This document shows, in pieces, positions 9,521-18,406 of a stretch of 59,878 nucleotides of DNA. A program made the position numbers and the translations under genes. The DNA lies in assembly GCA_051872655.1 (NCBI GenBank), contig JBJEEB010000005.1, positions 1 through 59,878 on the forward strand, given 5' to 3'. The DNA is from Bacilli bacterium. Its GTDB lineage: Bacteria; Bacillota_I; Bacilli_A; RF39; UBA660. The notes beneath the pieces are model-generated. The model was not told the DNA's origin and ran no database searches. It saw nothing but the letters and a program-made list of their open reading frames with translations. The first letter of the stretch is position 1. Every line of letters starts with the position of its first letter.

Positions 9521-10136
9521 AAGATACTCATTAATAATTTGTATGGGTATCTTTTTATTCTTTTTAAGTACATTATATTTTATTTATAATTACTGTCAAA
9601 ATAGAAAACAAGATATTCAAGAAAATCAAATGATAGAAGAATTTTTTGAAATTACAAATGAAGATGAAGAAGAAATAGTAATTGAAGAAAATGACAAGGA
9701 TCAAGAAATTGTTATTCAAAAGGAAACAGTTAATTATATGGCAATATTAGAAATACCTAAAATAAATTTAAAAATAGGACTATTTGATAAAAATAGTTCT
9801 AATAACAATGTGGATAAAAATATTTACATATTAAATGAAACTACTTTACCAGATGAGCAAATTAATAGTCATATTATTTTAGCTGCTCATTCTGGTAATA
9901 GTTATATATCATTTTTTAGAAACTTAAAAAAATTAGATATGAAAGACAAAGTTTATTTTTATTATAAAGGTGTTAAATATATCTACGAAGTATCTAATAA
10001 ATATGAAATTGAAAAAACAGGAACGACTGAATTAAAGCAAACTAATACATCTGATATTACACTTATTACTTGTATTAGTGGAACTAACAAACAAGTTGTT
10101 TATGTGGCAACATTGATAGATAAACAAAACTATTAA
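9477..10136 (+). CDS. Sortase
   Basis: N-terminal TM; ILEIPKINL, LAAHSG and TLITC catalytic motifs. Confidence 0.9.
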   Translation: MLMDSSKVKKQRKNKRYSLIICMGIFLFFLSTLYFIYNYCQNRKQDIQENQMIEEFFEITNEDEEEIVIEENDKDQEIVIQKETVNYMAILEIPKINLKIGLFDKNSSNNNVDKNIYILNETTLPDEQINSHIILAAHSGNSYISFFRNLKKLDMKDKVYFYYKGVKYIYEVSNKYEIEKTGTTELKQTNTSDITLITCISGTNKQVVYVATLIDKQNY

Positions 10137-10151
10137 AGAAAGGAAAAATTT

Positions 10152-10529
10152 ATGGAGAAGGTTGCAGTATATGCTAGTTTCAAAAATCATAACAGACAAT
10201 CAATTGATTATTTTTTAAGGCAAATATCAGATTGGTGTCTTATGAAAAATTATGATTATACACTCTATTTTGATAAAGTTCAAAATCGATTGGATTTGAA
10301 TAGAAAAGAATTAAATAATTTGAAAGAAGACATTGAAAATAAAGAATATTCAAAAGTAATTATAAAAGACATAACTCAGTTATCAAGAAATACTATTTAC
10401 AATATAAATTTTTTACAATTTCTAGAAGATAATAATTGCAAAATAGAAAGTATGGATGGAACTGATTTGAATTTATATAAAAAGATATTTGATAGATTTA
10501 ACAAAAATAAGGAGGAAAGAGAAAGATGA
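10152..10529 (+). CDS. Stand-alone resolvase-like catalytic domain, probably inactive
   Basis: Serine-recombinase fold pattern (VAVYA..., RKELNNLKEDI, VIIKDITQLSRN), but YASFK replaces YxRVS and there is no DNA-binding domain. Confidence 0.65.
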   Translation: MEKVAVYASFKNHNRQSIDYFLRQISDWCLMKNYDYTLYFDKVQNRLDLNRKELNNLKEDIENKEYSKVIIKDITQLSRNTIYNINFLQFLEDNNCKIESMDGTDLNLYKKIFDRFNKNKEERER

Positions 10530-10939
10530 ATAACGAAGTTGAAAGAGAAGTAAAAAATTCAAAAAATAAATTTGAATTAGAAGGGAATGTTGCTAATATC
10601 AATGATATTTATACTAATCAAAATGGTAAAAAAATATTAAGATTTGATTTAGCCCAAAATAATAATGGGAATACACAGTTTGTTCCTATTGTATTAAGAG
10701 GAGAATTAGTAAACTCTTATGGTAATGAAATTCAAAAAGGAGATTGGATTTCTGTAAAAGGTAGAATATCTACTTATCAAAAAGATGTTGAAAGAGATGG
10801 TAAAACATATAAAGATAAAGCAATAGATATTCTTGGTTTTGAAATTACTGATAGAACAAATAATAAAGTTTATACTTCTGATGGTCAAGTTCATGAATTA
10901 ACAAATAAAGAAAAAAACCAAACAGAAATGGAAAGATAA
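10526..10939 (+). CDS. ssb: Single-stranded DNA-binding protein
   Basis: OB-fold pattern (LEGNVAN...RFDLA...FVPIV...KGDWISVKGRISTYQ). Confidence 0.8.
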   Translation: MNNEVEREVKNSKNKFELEGNVANINDIYTNQNGKKILRFDLAQNNNGNTQFVPIVLRGELVNSYGNEIQKGDWISVKGRISTYQKDVERDGKTYKDKAIDILGFEITDRTNNKVYTSDGQVHELTNKEKNQTEMER

Positions 10940-10942
10940 ATA

Positions 10943-11446
10943 ATGAAATATCAATATGAATTATTAAATTATTGGAATGACTCTGATGATTTATATGTTA
11001 ATTACATAGTAGAAGATTTAGAATCTCATAAGAAAGCAAATGTAATCAATTATTTTAATACTTCTGATATAGGTTGCAATTATAATACTGCATCAATAGA
11101 AGTAATAGAAAGTTCATTATATAAACTTATTAAAAAAAACAATGGTGTAGAATTTAATATGCCAAAGGTAAGTGAATTAAGCCCATTATTAAAATATGTA
11201 TATGACTGTGTATGTGATAGTGAATCAAATATGTGTCATATAGACTATAACGATTGGGAAGAATTAAAAGATTATAATGATTTTATCGAAGAAGATATTG
11301 CCACATTAAAGAAAGAAATTGATAAATATAATTTAGACGATTATATTACTATTGACGATGGAGAATATAAAATATGTGGTTATGGTGGATTACAATGTTG
11401 CTTTAATGATGATAGAGATAAAGGAAGTGATGAACTTGAAAGATGA
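10943..11446 (+). CDS. Acidic, Cys-rich hypothetical protein
   Basis: 167 aa; ends DELER. Confidence 0.7.
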   Translation: MKYQYELLNYWNDSDDLYVNYIVEDLESHKKANVINYFNTSDIGCNYNTASIEVIESSLYKLIKKNNGVEFNMPKVSELSPLLKYVYDCVCDSESNMCHIDYNDWEELKDYNDFIEEDIATLKKEIDKYNLDDYITIDDGEYKICGYGGLQCCFNDDRDKGSDELER

Positions 11447-12101
11447 ATTAAAAAAAGGTCAAGCATTCATAGGATTGGATGATAATAAATATTATTTTTT
11501 AGGATTTGATTATGATGACCAAATATTTTTCACAACATTGGATTTATGGAGTGATAAAGAACAGGGTTATATGTCAAAAAGTAATATATTTATAAAAGAA
11601 ATTTTAGATGAAAAATCTGATGTCATAGAAAATTGTACTTGGTATTATCAATCTATGAAAGAATTAGATAATTCATCTATGGAAGAAAAAATTAAAAGAT
11701 GTTTAGATATTATTAAAAATTCAAATACTAATGACTTTGAATTAAGACCTACTGAAATAGGTCCATTAGTTAGAGGACAAGCATATAGTAAGGAATTTAA
11801 TCAATATTATGAAGTTATTGGATTTATTGTTGATAATAATATTTATGTTGATGATAATTTAAAGTCGAAGCAAAAAGGATTTTTTGCAATATATCACTCA
11901 AATTGTGAAAGCACTGTACCATTAATATTTGAAAGAAATTTTAGTGATAAAGATAATTCTTTTGATGGTAAACATTTTGTTGCAGGTAATGATGATAGAG
12001 TTGATATAGAAGATATTATTTGTAATAAAGATTTAGTTGAATCTTATATGAATGATAATTTAATAGAAAGATTAGAAAATAATAAAGAAATGTCAAAATA
12101 A
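11430..12101 (+). CDS. Hypothetical protein
   Basis: Likely start is the ATG at 11430 after aagga, overlapping the previous stop (the ORF track starts at 11352). Confidence 0.65.
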   Translation: MNLKDELKKGQAFIGLDDNKYYFLGFDYDDQIFFTTLDLWSDKEQGYMSKSNIFIKEILDEKSDVIENCTWYYQSMKELDNSSMEEKIKRCLDIIKNSNTNDFELRPTEIGPLVRGQAYSKEFNQYYEVIGFIVDNNIYVDDNLKSKQKGFFAIYHSNCESTVPLIFERNFSDKDNSFDGKHFVAGNDDRVDIEDIICNKDLVESYMNDNLIERLENNKEMSK

Positions 12102-12131
12102 AAAATAACTGATGTTCTTTGAAAATTAGGT

Positions 12132-12245
12132 TAATAGCTACACATTCTAAAATGGTGTAGTGTTTATATTTTTAAAGGACAACTCTTTCTTGGAACTGTG
12201 TAGTTATTAATCAATGTTATTGATGATTACACAGTTCTTTTTTTT
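12132..12245 (+). promoter_or_regulatory. Attenuator-like leader: terminator 12193-12245 with an alternative antiterminator pairing
   Basis: gaactgtgta/tacacagttc stem + T8. taatagctacaca (12132-12144) is complementary to tgtgtagttatta (12197-12209) and its ctacac core also pairs with gtgtag (12155-12160). Confidence 0.7.
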
Positions 12246-12276
12246 ATGGCAAAAAACAAAAGAAAGGGTGAATATA

Positions 12277-12558
12277 ATGAAAAATTTATTTAATGTATTA
12301 GCAATACAACAATTAGAAGGTGGAACTTATACAGTGGATACAGTATTAAAGGTTATTAAACAAATAACTGATTGGGCATTGGCAGTTGGTATATCACTTG
12401 CAGGTGTTGCTCTTGTTATTAGTTTTATAATGTATGCAGTTGTAGATGTTGACCAAAAACCGAGAGTTAAAACAAGAATATTGCAAACACTACTTGGTAT
12501 ATTTGGAATTATTTTAGCAATTTCATTAGTTAATATTATAATTAGATTATTCACATAG
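12277..12558 (+). CDS. VirB2/TrbC-like pilin
   Basis: Start after RBS gaaagggtg; two hydrophobic helices; first gene of the T4SS block. Confidence 0.65.
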   Translation: MKNLFNVLAIQQLEGGTYTVDTVLKVIKQITDWALAVGISLAGVALVISFIMYAVVDVDQKPRVKTRILQTLLGIFGIILAISLVNIIIRLFT

Positions 12559-12569
12559 GTATATACTTT

Positions 12570-13955
12570 ATGATGACAAAAGTTTTTGATTTATTAAGAA
12601 GTCTAGGTTGGTATGTAATTAGTTTTATATATGATTTAATAGATGGACTTTTACAAATAATAAAAAAATTAAATACTTTTGATATAATCAATTCACTATC
12701 TAATAATCAAACTTTTAGAAGTTTTTATACAGGAGTTATGGCAATAGCGGTAACATTATTTGCGTTGTTTATTATATGGAAATTTGTAAATAAACTTTTA
12801 GATCCAGATGAAGAAACAACTTTTAAAATGATAATAATGGAAATAGTAAAATGTGGAACGCTCATTATGATGTCCACATTTTTATTTGTTCAAGTATCAA
12901 ACTTTTCTATAACACTTTCAAATTATACAGGTAATATATTCGAAAGCAGTACAAATTCAAAAATGAGTGATTCAATGCTTACAATGTTTATATCGTATAG
13001 AGATGGTTATAAGAATAGTGATAAATTTAAAGAAGATAAAAGTATAGAACAATTAGTAACAAGTGGTTCTTTTGATAGTGACGAATTATATCTATCAAAG
13101 TATGTAACTAAATCACGAATAATATTATCTGATGAAAAAGATTATAAATATGATGTTAATTGGATTATGGCAATTATAAGTGGAGGATTCTTTTTATATA
13201 GTTTATTCTTTGCAGGAATTATGCTCGGTAGAAGACAAATAGAATTTCTATTTCTATTTTCAATATCTCCGATTGTATTTGCAACAAGTGTTTGTAATAA
13301 GCAAAGGAGAGGGGCAGTAATTGAACAACTTGTATCATTAGCACTTCAAAGTGCTGTTGTTATGTTGATAGTTAGTCTAACAGTTATGGTAATGCAAGAA
13401 ATTAATACAACAACTTTCTTTACTAATACATTTATGAATTTAACAACAAAATCACTTTTATATTTAGGTTGTGCTACATTTATATTAACAGGAAGTCAAG
13501 TTATTAATAGATTTATTGGTGCAAATGTAAGTGCAGCAAGTGGTAGAGAACAATTAATGTCATTAATGGGTTATGGAAAAATGGCAGGAATTGGAGCTAC
13601 TCTTGGAGCAGGAGCAGTAGTAGGAGGAAGTCTTTTAGCAACAGGTGGAGCAATGAAAGCAGGAAAAAGAGTTGGATCAGAGGTTTTATCACAGGCAGGA
13701 ATTGCACTTGGAACAATGGGAACTACCGGCGAGGGACAACCTCAAAGTAGAATGCAAAGATTTGCAACTGCTATGGGTAGTAGAATGTATGCAACAGGAC
13801 AACGAATGGGAAGAAAAACTGATTCTAATAAATTTAGTGCAAGTGATGCTTTCATTAATGCAGGTGCTAGTAGTTTAAATAATACTGTTCGAAAAGTAAT
13901 GCCACGAGCAAGTTATAATACTTCTTATTATAGAAGAAGAAATAATATGATATAG
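12570..13955 (+). CDS. VirB6/TrbL-like polytopic T4SS membrane protein
   Basis: Multiple TMs, RQIEFLFLFSISPIVFA motif, Gly/Ala-rich C-terminal tail. Confidence 0.75.
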   Translation: MMTKVFDLLRSLGWYVISFIYDLIDGLLQIIKKLNTFDIINSLSNNQTFRSFYTGVMAIAVTLFALFIIWKFVNKLLDPDEETTFKMIIMEIVKCGTLIMMSTFLFVQVSNFSITLSNYTGNIFESSTNSKMSDSMLTMFISYRDGYKNSDKFKEDKSIEQLVTSGSFDSDELYLSKYVTKSRIILSDEKDYKYDVNWIMAIISGGFFLYSLFFAGIMLGRRQIEFLFLFSISPIVFATSVCNKQRRGAVIEQLVSLALQSAVVMLIVSLTVMVMQEINTTTFFTNTFMNLTTKSLLYLGCATFILTGSQVINRFIGANVSAASGREQLMSLMGYGKMAGIGATLGAGAVVGGSLLATGGAMKAGKRVGSEVLSQAGIALGTMGTTGEGQPQSRMQRFATAMGSRMYATGQRMGRKTDSNKFSASDAFINAGASSLNNTVRKVMPRASYNTSYYRRRNNMI

Positions 13956-13967
13956 GAGGAATGAATT

Positions 13968-14270
13968 ATGTATATAACTGTAAAATCAATAAAAAGAAAT
14001 TTAGGATTTAAAGGTATAGAAATATCAGATATTGTTATTGCTTTACCAATAATAATATTATTTATAGTTTTATTTTGTTTTACTCCACTTAAAATACCTG
14101 CAATAGTAGGTTTAATGATAGGAATATTTTGTTTACTTCCTATCAATGTTAGTAAGAAAAATAGAATGTATAAAGTTATGGGACTTATATTTAAATTCTT
14201 AATAAAAGAAAAAATATATGTATATCAAAAGGAAGGAGAGGTGAGCAAAGTTGAAGAAAGAGAAAATTAG
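13968..14270 (+). CDS. VirB3/PrgI-like membrane protein
   Basis: Two TMs; position directly before VirB4. Confidence 0.6.
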   Translation: MYITVKSIKRNLGFKGIEISDIVIALPIIILFIVLFCFTPLKIPAIVGLMIGIFCLLPINVSKKNRMYKVMGLIFKFLIKEKIYVYQKEGEVSKVEEREN

Positions 14271-16761
14271 TAAAGAACAAAAAAGAATAAATAAAGAACA
14301 TAAAGTTATTGAGAAATTTATTAAGAAAAAAGATAAAATGAAGAAAAAATATATAACTAAAAGTGTTCTTAAAAGAAAGTTCAAAAATGCTCAAACTTTT
14401 AATAATGCAGAATTTGTAAATGCTGATGGAATTATAAAACTTCGAGATAATAGTTATGCAAGAGTATTTTCAGTAGATGCAATAGATTTATCTTTAACAT
14501 CAAATACACAAAAAAATAATTTTTTTAATCAACTTAAATATCTATATCAATTAAAAGACTTAAATTTAAGAATATATAAATTGGATGATAAAATTGATCT
14601 TAATGCAAACAAAGATTATTATACAAAACTAATAGAAGAATATTCTAACGATGAAGAAAAAGTCAAATTTTTAAAAGAAAGATATGATAGATTAGAATTA
14701 TTAGAAGAACAAAATTTAACAACTACAAGTAGATACTATTTTGTATTAGTAAGTGATAATGATAAAGCACTAGAACATATATCAGAAGAATTAAAAATGC
14801 ACTGTTATAATATGACACCTAGACTTAATGTTCAAACTATAACTAATAAATTAGAAGTATATCAATTTCTTGTTAATCTTTATTTATCTACTGCAAGTAT
14901 TGAACAATTAATGTGGAGTGATTTAGTAGAATTAATCTCTCCATTTTTTGTGCAAGAAAGTATGGGATATATAAAAGCAGATGAAGAAGAAATTCAAGTT
15001 GTTACAATAAAAAAAATACCACCATTTATTGATGAATTGTTTTTTGAAGAACTATTTAATGTTCCAGATACTAGAAGTTGTATTCATATAAAAGATACTA
15101 TTCCTACTGATGAATTAGTCAGAAGATTAGATAGTAATTATGAGTTTTTAATTTCTGAAAGAAGTACAACAAGGAAATTATCTGATGCAACCCAAATGGA
15201 TACTGAAAGAGAAAACTTTCAAGCACTTATGACTCAAATAAAAAATGGAGACGAAAAAATAAAAGAAGTAGATTTTATTGTCATAATAAATGGTACTAGA
15301 AAACAAAGAGAAGAAAAGATAAAGGAACTTAAAAAAATAGCAGATGTTTTTCATATAAAATTAGATGCTCCTCGTATGAGGCAAATGGAAGGTTGGCAGT
15401 CATTTGATATATCAAAAAATGGATTTGAAGATTACCATAATTATTTACCAAGTTTAACTCTTGCAGCATCTTTTCCATTAACAATTACACATTTTAATGA
15501 TGAAACAGGATATATGATAGGATCAGATATTCATACTGCATTACCTACAATATTTGACTTGTTTCATAAAGATGCGACAAGACCATCAAGTAATTTAGCA
15601 ATAATAGCATCCACAGGAGGAGGTAAAAGTTTTACTTTGAAGAAAATGATTATCAATGAAATTAATCGTGGAAATAAGTGCTTTTTATTTGATGCAGAGG
15701 GAGAATATGAAAAACTGATTAGAAAAAATAAAGGAGAATATATAGATATGTATTCTGCTAGTGGAGGTATAATAAATCCTCTGCAAGTTAGATTTCTTCC
15801 AAGTGATAAAGAAGAAAAAGAAGATAGTGAAGTAAATACAATTAATTATGAAGACTGTCCTCTTGCAAAACATCTTGGATCACTTGAAACATTTATTAAG
15901 TGTGCTTTTGAAGAAATAAAAGAAAGTGAAGTTGTTGTTATGCTTGATATGATAGAAAAATTATATAAAAGATTTGGTATAACAAAGAATACAAAAATAT
16001 CTAGTTTAGAAAAATTAGAAAATACAGATTATCCAATATTTTCAGATTTAATTGATTTCTTACCAGATTATCGTAATATGATTACTAATCCAGAACAATT
16101 AAAAATAGTTGATAAACTAGAAATATTATTAGATAGATTTAAAGTAGGAACTGATGCCATGTTATTTAATGGATATACATCAGTAAACCTTGACTCTAAT
16201 CTAATAGCATTTAATGTAAAAGATTTATTGTATAGTAAAAACAAAAGGATTATTACAACTCAATTAGTAAATTTATTAACTTATCTAAATAACATTATTG
16301 TAAGAAATAAGATTGTTAATGATAAGACAAAAAATAAAAAAAGAATTAAGAATATAGCAGTAATTGTTGATGAATTTCATTTGTATTTAAAAAATACTGA
16401 TAGTGAAGTTCTTTTAACATTTGAACAAATAGCTCGTAGAATTAGAAAATATCATGGAGCATTTATACCTGCAACACAAAGTATTCATGACTTTTTGGGA
16501 GATGATGATAGTGTTAGAAGTGCTACTGCAATATTTAATAACTGTCAATATCAATTAGTAGGTATGTTAAAAGAAGATGACCTAACTACATATTTAAAAT
16601 TGTTTTATCAAAATCCATTGACTGATACACAAAAAGAATTTTTGATGCAAGCAGAAATGGGAGAGTTCTTACTTACTATTAATTCTAAAAATAGAATCAG
16701 AGTTAAGATACTTGCAACACCTATTGAAGTTGACTTGATGGGAGAAGAACTTAAAGTATGA
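14251..16761 (+). CDS. virB4: VirB4-family conjugative ATPase
   Basis: Walker A ASTGGGKS, DAEGEY, Walker B IVDEFH, ARRIRKY, ATQSIHDF. Confidence 0.9.
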   Translation: MKKEKISKEQKRINKEHKVIEKFIKKKDKMKKKYITKSVLKRKFKNAQTFNNAEFVNADGIIKLRDNSYARVFSVDAIDLSLTSNTQKNNFFNQLKYLYQLKDLNLRIYKLDDKIDLNANKDYYTKLIEEYSNDEEKVKFLKERYDRLELLEEQNLTTTSRYYFVLVSDNDKALEHISEELKMHCYNMTPRLNVQTITNKLEVYQFLVNLYLSTASIEQLMWSDLVELISPFFVQESMGYIKADEEEIQVVTIKKIPPFIDELFFEELFNVPDTRSCIHIKDTIPTDELVRRLDSNYEFLISERSTTRKLSDATQMDTERENFQALMTQIKNGDEKIKEVDFIVIINGTRKQREEKIKELKKIADVFHIKLDAPRMRQMEGWQSFDISKNGFEDYHNYLPSLTLAASFPLTITHFNDETGYMIGSDIHTALPTIFDLFHKDATRPSSNLAIIASTGGGKSFTLKKMIINEINRGNKCFLFDAEGEYEKLIRKNKGEYIDMYSASGGIINPLQVRFLPSDKEEKEDSEVNTINYEDCPLAKHLGSLETFIKCAFEEIKESEVVVMLDMIEKLYKRFGITKNTKISSLEKLENTDYPIFSDLIDFLPDYRNMITNPEQLKIVDKLEILLDRFKVGTDAMLFNGYTSVNLDSNLIAFNVKDLLYSKNKRIITTQLVNLLTYLNNIIVRNKIVNDKTKNKKRIKNIAVIVDEFHLYLKNTDSEVLLTFEQIARRIRKYHGAFIPATQSIHDFLGDDDSVRSATAIFNNCQYQLVGMLKEDDLTTYLKLFYQNPLTDTQKEFLMQAEMGEFLLTINSKNRIRVKILATPIEVDLMGEELKV

Positions 16762-16940
16762 AAGCATTAACTATTAAGCAAGTAAGGGATATGTTTAAAA
16801 AAATATATTTTGAAGAATTTGATGATCCTAACGAATCGTTTATGGATTTTTTGTTAGATTTAATTCCAAAGGAAAAATTAATTGAAATTATAAATAAAGG
16901 GGAGAATTATTATTCTTCTCTTTTCTATAAATATAAATAA
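16758..16940 (+). CDS. Small hypothetical protein in the T4SS operon
   Basis: Start and stop overlap the flanking genes (translational coupling). Confidence 0.55.
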   Translation: MKALTIKQVRDMFKKIYFEEFDDPNESFMDFLLDLIPKEKLIEIINKGENYYSSLFYKYK

Positions 16941-17869
16941 TGAAGAAGAAAAAGAAAAATATTTTCTTAAAGATTATAGGTGGTAGTAGTATTTTATCAA
17001 TAGCATTTGCAATGGTAATTTTAATTTGTGTTCTGATGATTTTTGATTTTTTTGGAACAAAACTCACAAAGGAAAAAGTACAAAATAATGCAGAATTTGC
17101 TGATGCTTATACGAGTGCAGTAAATAAATATTTAATGGATGGATATGTGCCACTACAAAGACTTTTATATTTTCATTTGGAAGATACAAGTTTAACATTA
17201 GATGCTTTATATACAATGAATCAAAATAAAGAACAAAAAACTGCAAGAGAAATATTGTCAGTATGTGAAGATCAGAGAGTAAAAAATATGGTTGCCTGTA
17301 CTGAAAGTAATATAAATGAAAATAAGGATTATTTAGAAGTAAGTACAGGACATTTTAATTTACCTTTGGATAAAGATTTTACTATAACAAGTTTTTTTAA
17401 TGAACAAAGAGTAATTTATGGAGAGACTAATGTTCATAGTGGTTGGGATTTATCTGTACCTGCAAAGACTCCTGTTTATTCAGTATGTAGTGGGACAGTT
17501 GATAAAGTAACATTCACACAAAACGAGAATATCCCATACGATCAAAGTGGGAATAAAGTTGGTAATCTAATTACAATTAAATGTGATGAAGATTATGATG
17601 AAACTTATTATGTAGTATTTGCACATCTTTATCCAAATAGTGCAAAAGTAAAAGTTGGAGATAAAGTAAATCATTGGACAGAAATTGCAAGTGTTGGAAC
17701 GACAGGACACTCAACAGGAAATCATTTACATTACCAAGTTGAAAATGCAAATAGAGAAAAAATAGATGGTATGCAATTTATAGATTTTACTTTAAAAAGT
17801 CCTAACTATCATTTGAAATTAGAAAAGCCAAATAATATTCTAAATGAAAATGATTTTATAATTCAATAA
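16940..17869 (+). CDS. M23-family peptidoglycan endopeptidase (VirB1 analogue)
   Basis: N-terminal TM; HSGWD and GHSTGNHLHY zinc motifs. Confidence 0.9.
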   Translation: MKKKKKNIFLKIIGGSSILSIAFAMVILICVLMIFDFFGTKLTKEKVQNNAEFADAYTSAVNKYLMDGYVPLQRLLYFHLEDTSLTLDALYTMNQNKEQKTAREILSVCEDQRVKNMVACTESNINENKDYLEVSTGHFNLPLDKDFTITSFFNEQRVIYGETNVHSGWDLSVPAKTPVYSVCSGTVDKVTFTQNENIPYDQSGNKVGNLITIKCDEDYDETYYVVFAHLYPNSAKVKVGDKVNHWTEIASVGTTGHSTGNHLHYQVENANREKIDGMQFIDFTLKSPNYHLKLEKPNNILNENDFIIQ

Positions 17870-17917
17870 TACACTTTTAAAAAGTATTGGAAGCACAAAA
17901 AAAGAGGTTATTTTTAC

Positions 17918-18169
17918 AAAGTAGCCACTTTCAAATAAAAGAGTAGCCATACAAATTGTTGATATTAAAGGTATTTTCAATATAGAGTAGCCACTTTCAA
18001 ATGAAAAAGTGGTCATTTTTGCAAGTGCAAAAATAGTTATGCCACCCATTTTATCCTAGTAATTATAAAGGATTAAATAGTTTTGGGTGGCATTTACCTT
18101 ATGCCCATTAAAAATATGCAATATTTTTATTAAGAAAAATACCTTAAAAATGTAGAAAGTGGCTACTCT
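17918..18169. other. Candidate oriT with iterons and inverted repeats
   Basis: gtagccactttcaaat exact at 17921 and 17987, partial copy at 17941, inverted copy at 18156-18168; atgccaccca/tgggtggcat IR (18039-18093); directly upstream of the RHH-relaxase operon. Confidence 0.7.
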
Positions 18170-18193
18170 TAAAATTAAAATAAGGAGGTTTAT

Positions 18194-18406
18194 ATGGTAA
18201 AAGGAACTAAAAAGTTTTCAATAAGAATGGATGAGAACTTAAAAACAAGAATTGAGTTGTTAGCCATAAAGAATAATTTAAGTTTTACAAAAATGCTTAT
18301 CTATATTTGTGAACTAGGTTATCAAACTTATGTAGAAAGATTTGATAAGTATTATGAAGAACAAAATAAAAAATTAGAAAATGAGGGAAAGAATTATTAT
18401 GAATAA
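18194..18406 (+). CDS. Arc-like ribbon-helix-helix relaxosome auxiliary protein
   Basis: KKFSIRMDENLKTRIELLAIKNNLSFTKML RHH pattern; RBS aggagg. Confidence 0.75.
   Translation: MVKGTKKFSIRMDENLKTRIELLAIKNNLSFTKMLIYICELGYQTYVERFDKYYEEQNKKLENEGKNYYE

Noticed and set aside
17918-18169. Repeats as a CRISPR array
   Set aside because: Only two exact 16-mers, irregular spacing, mixed orientation and no cas genes; better explained as oriT iterons.
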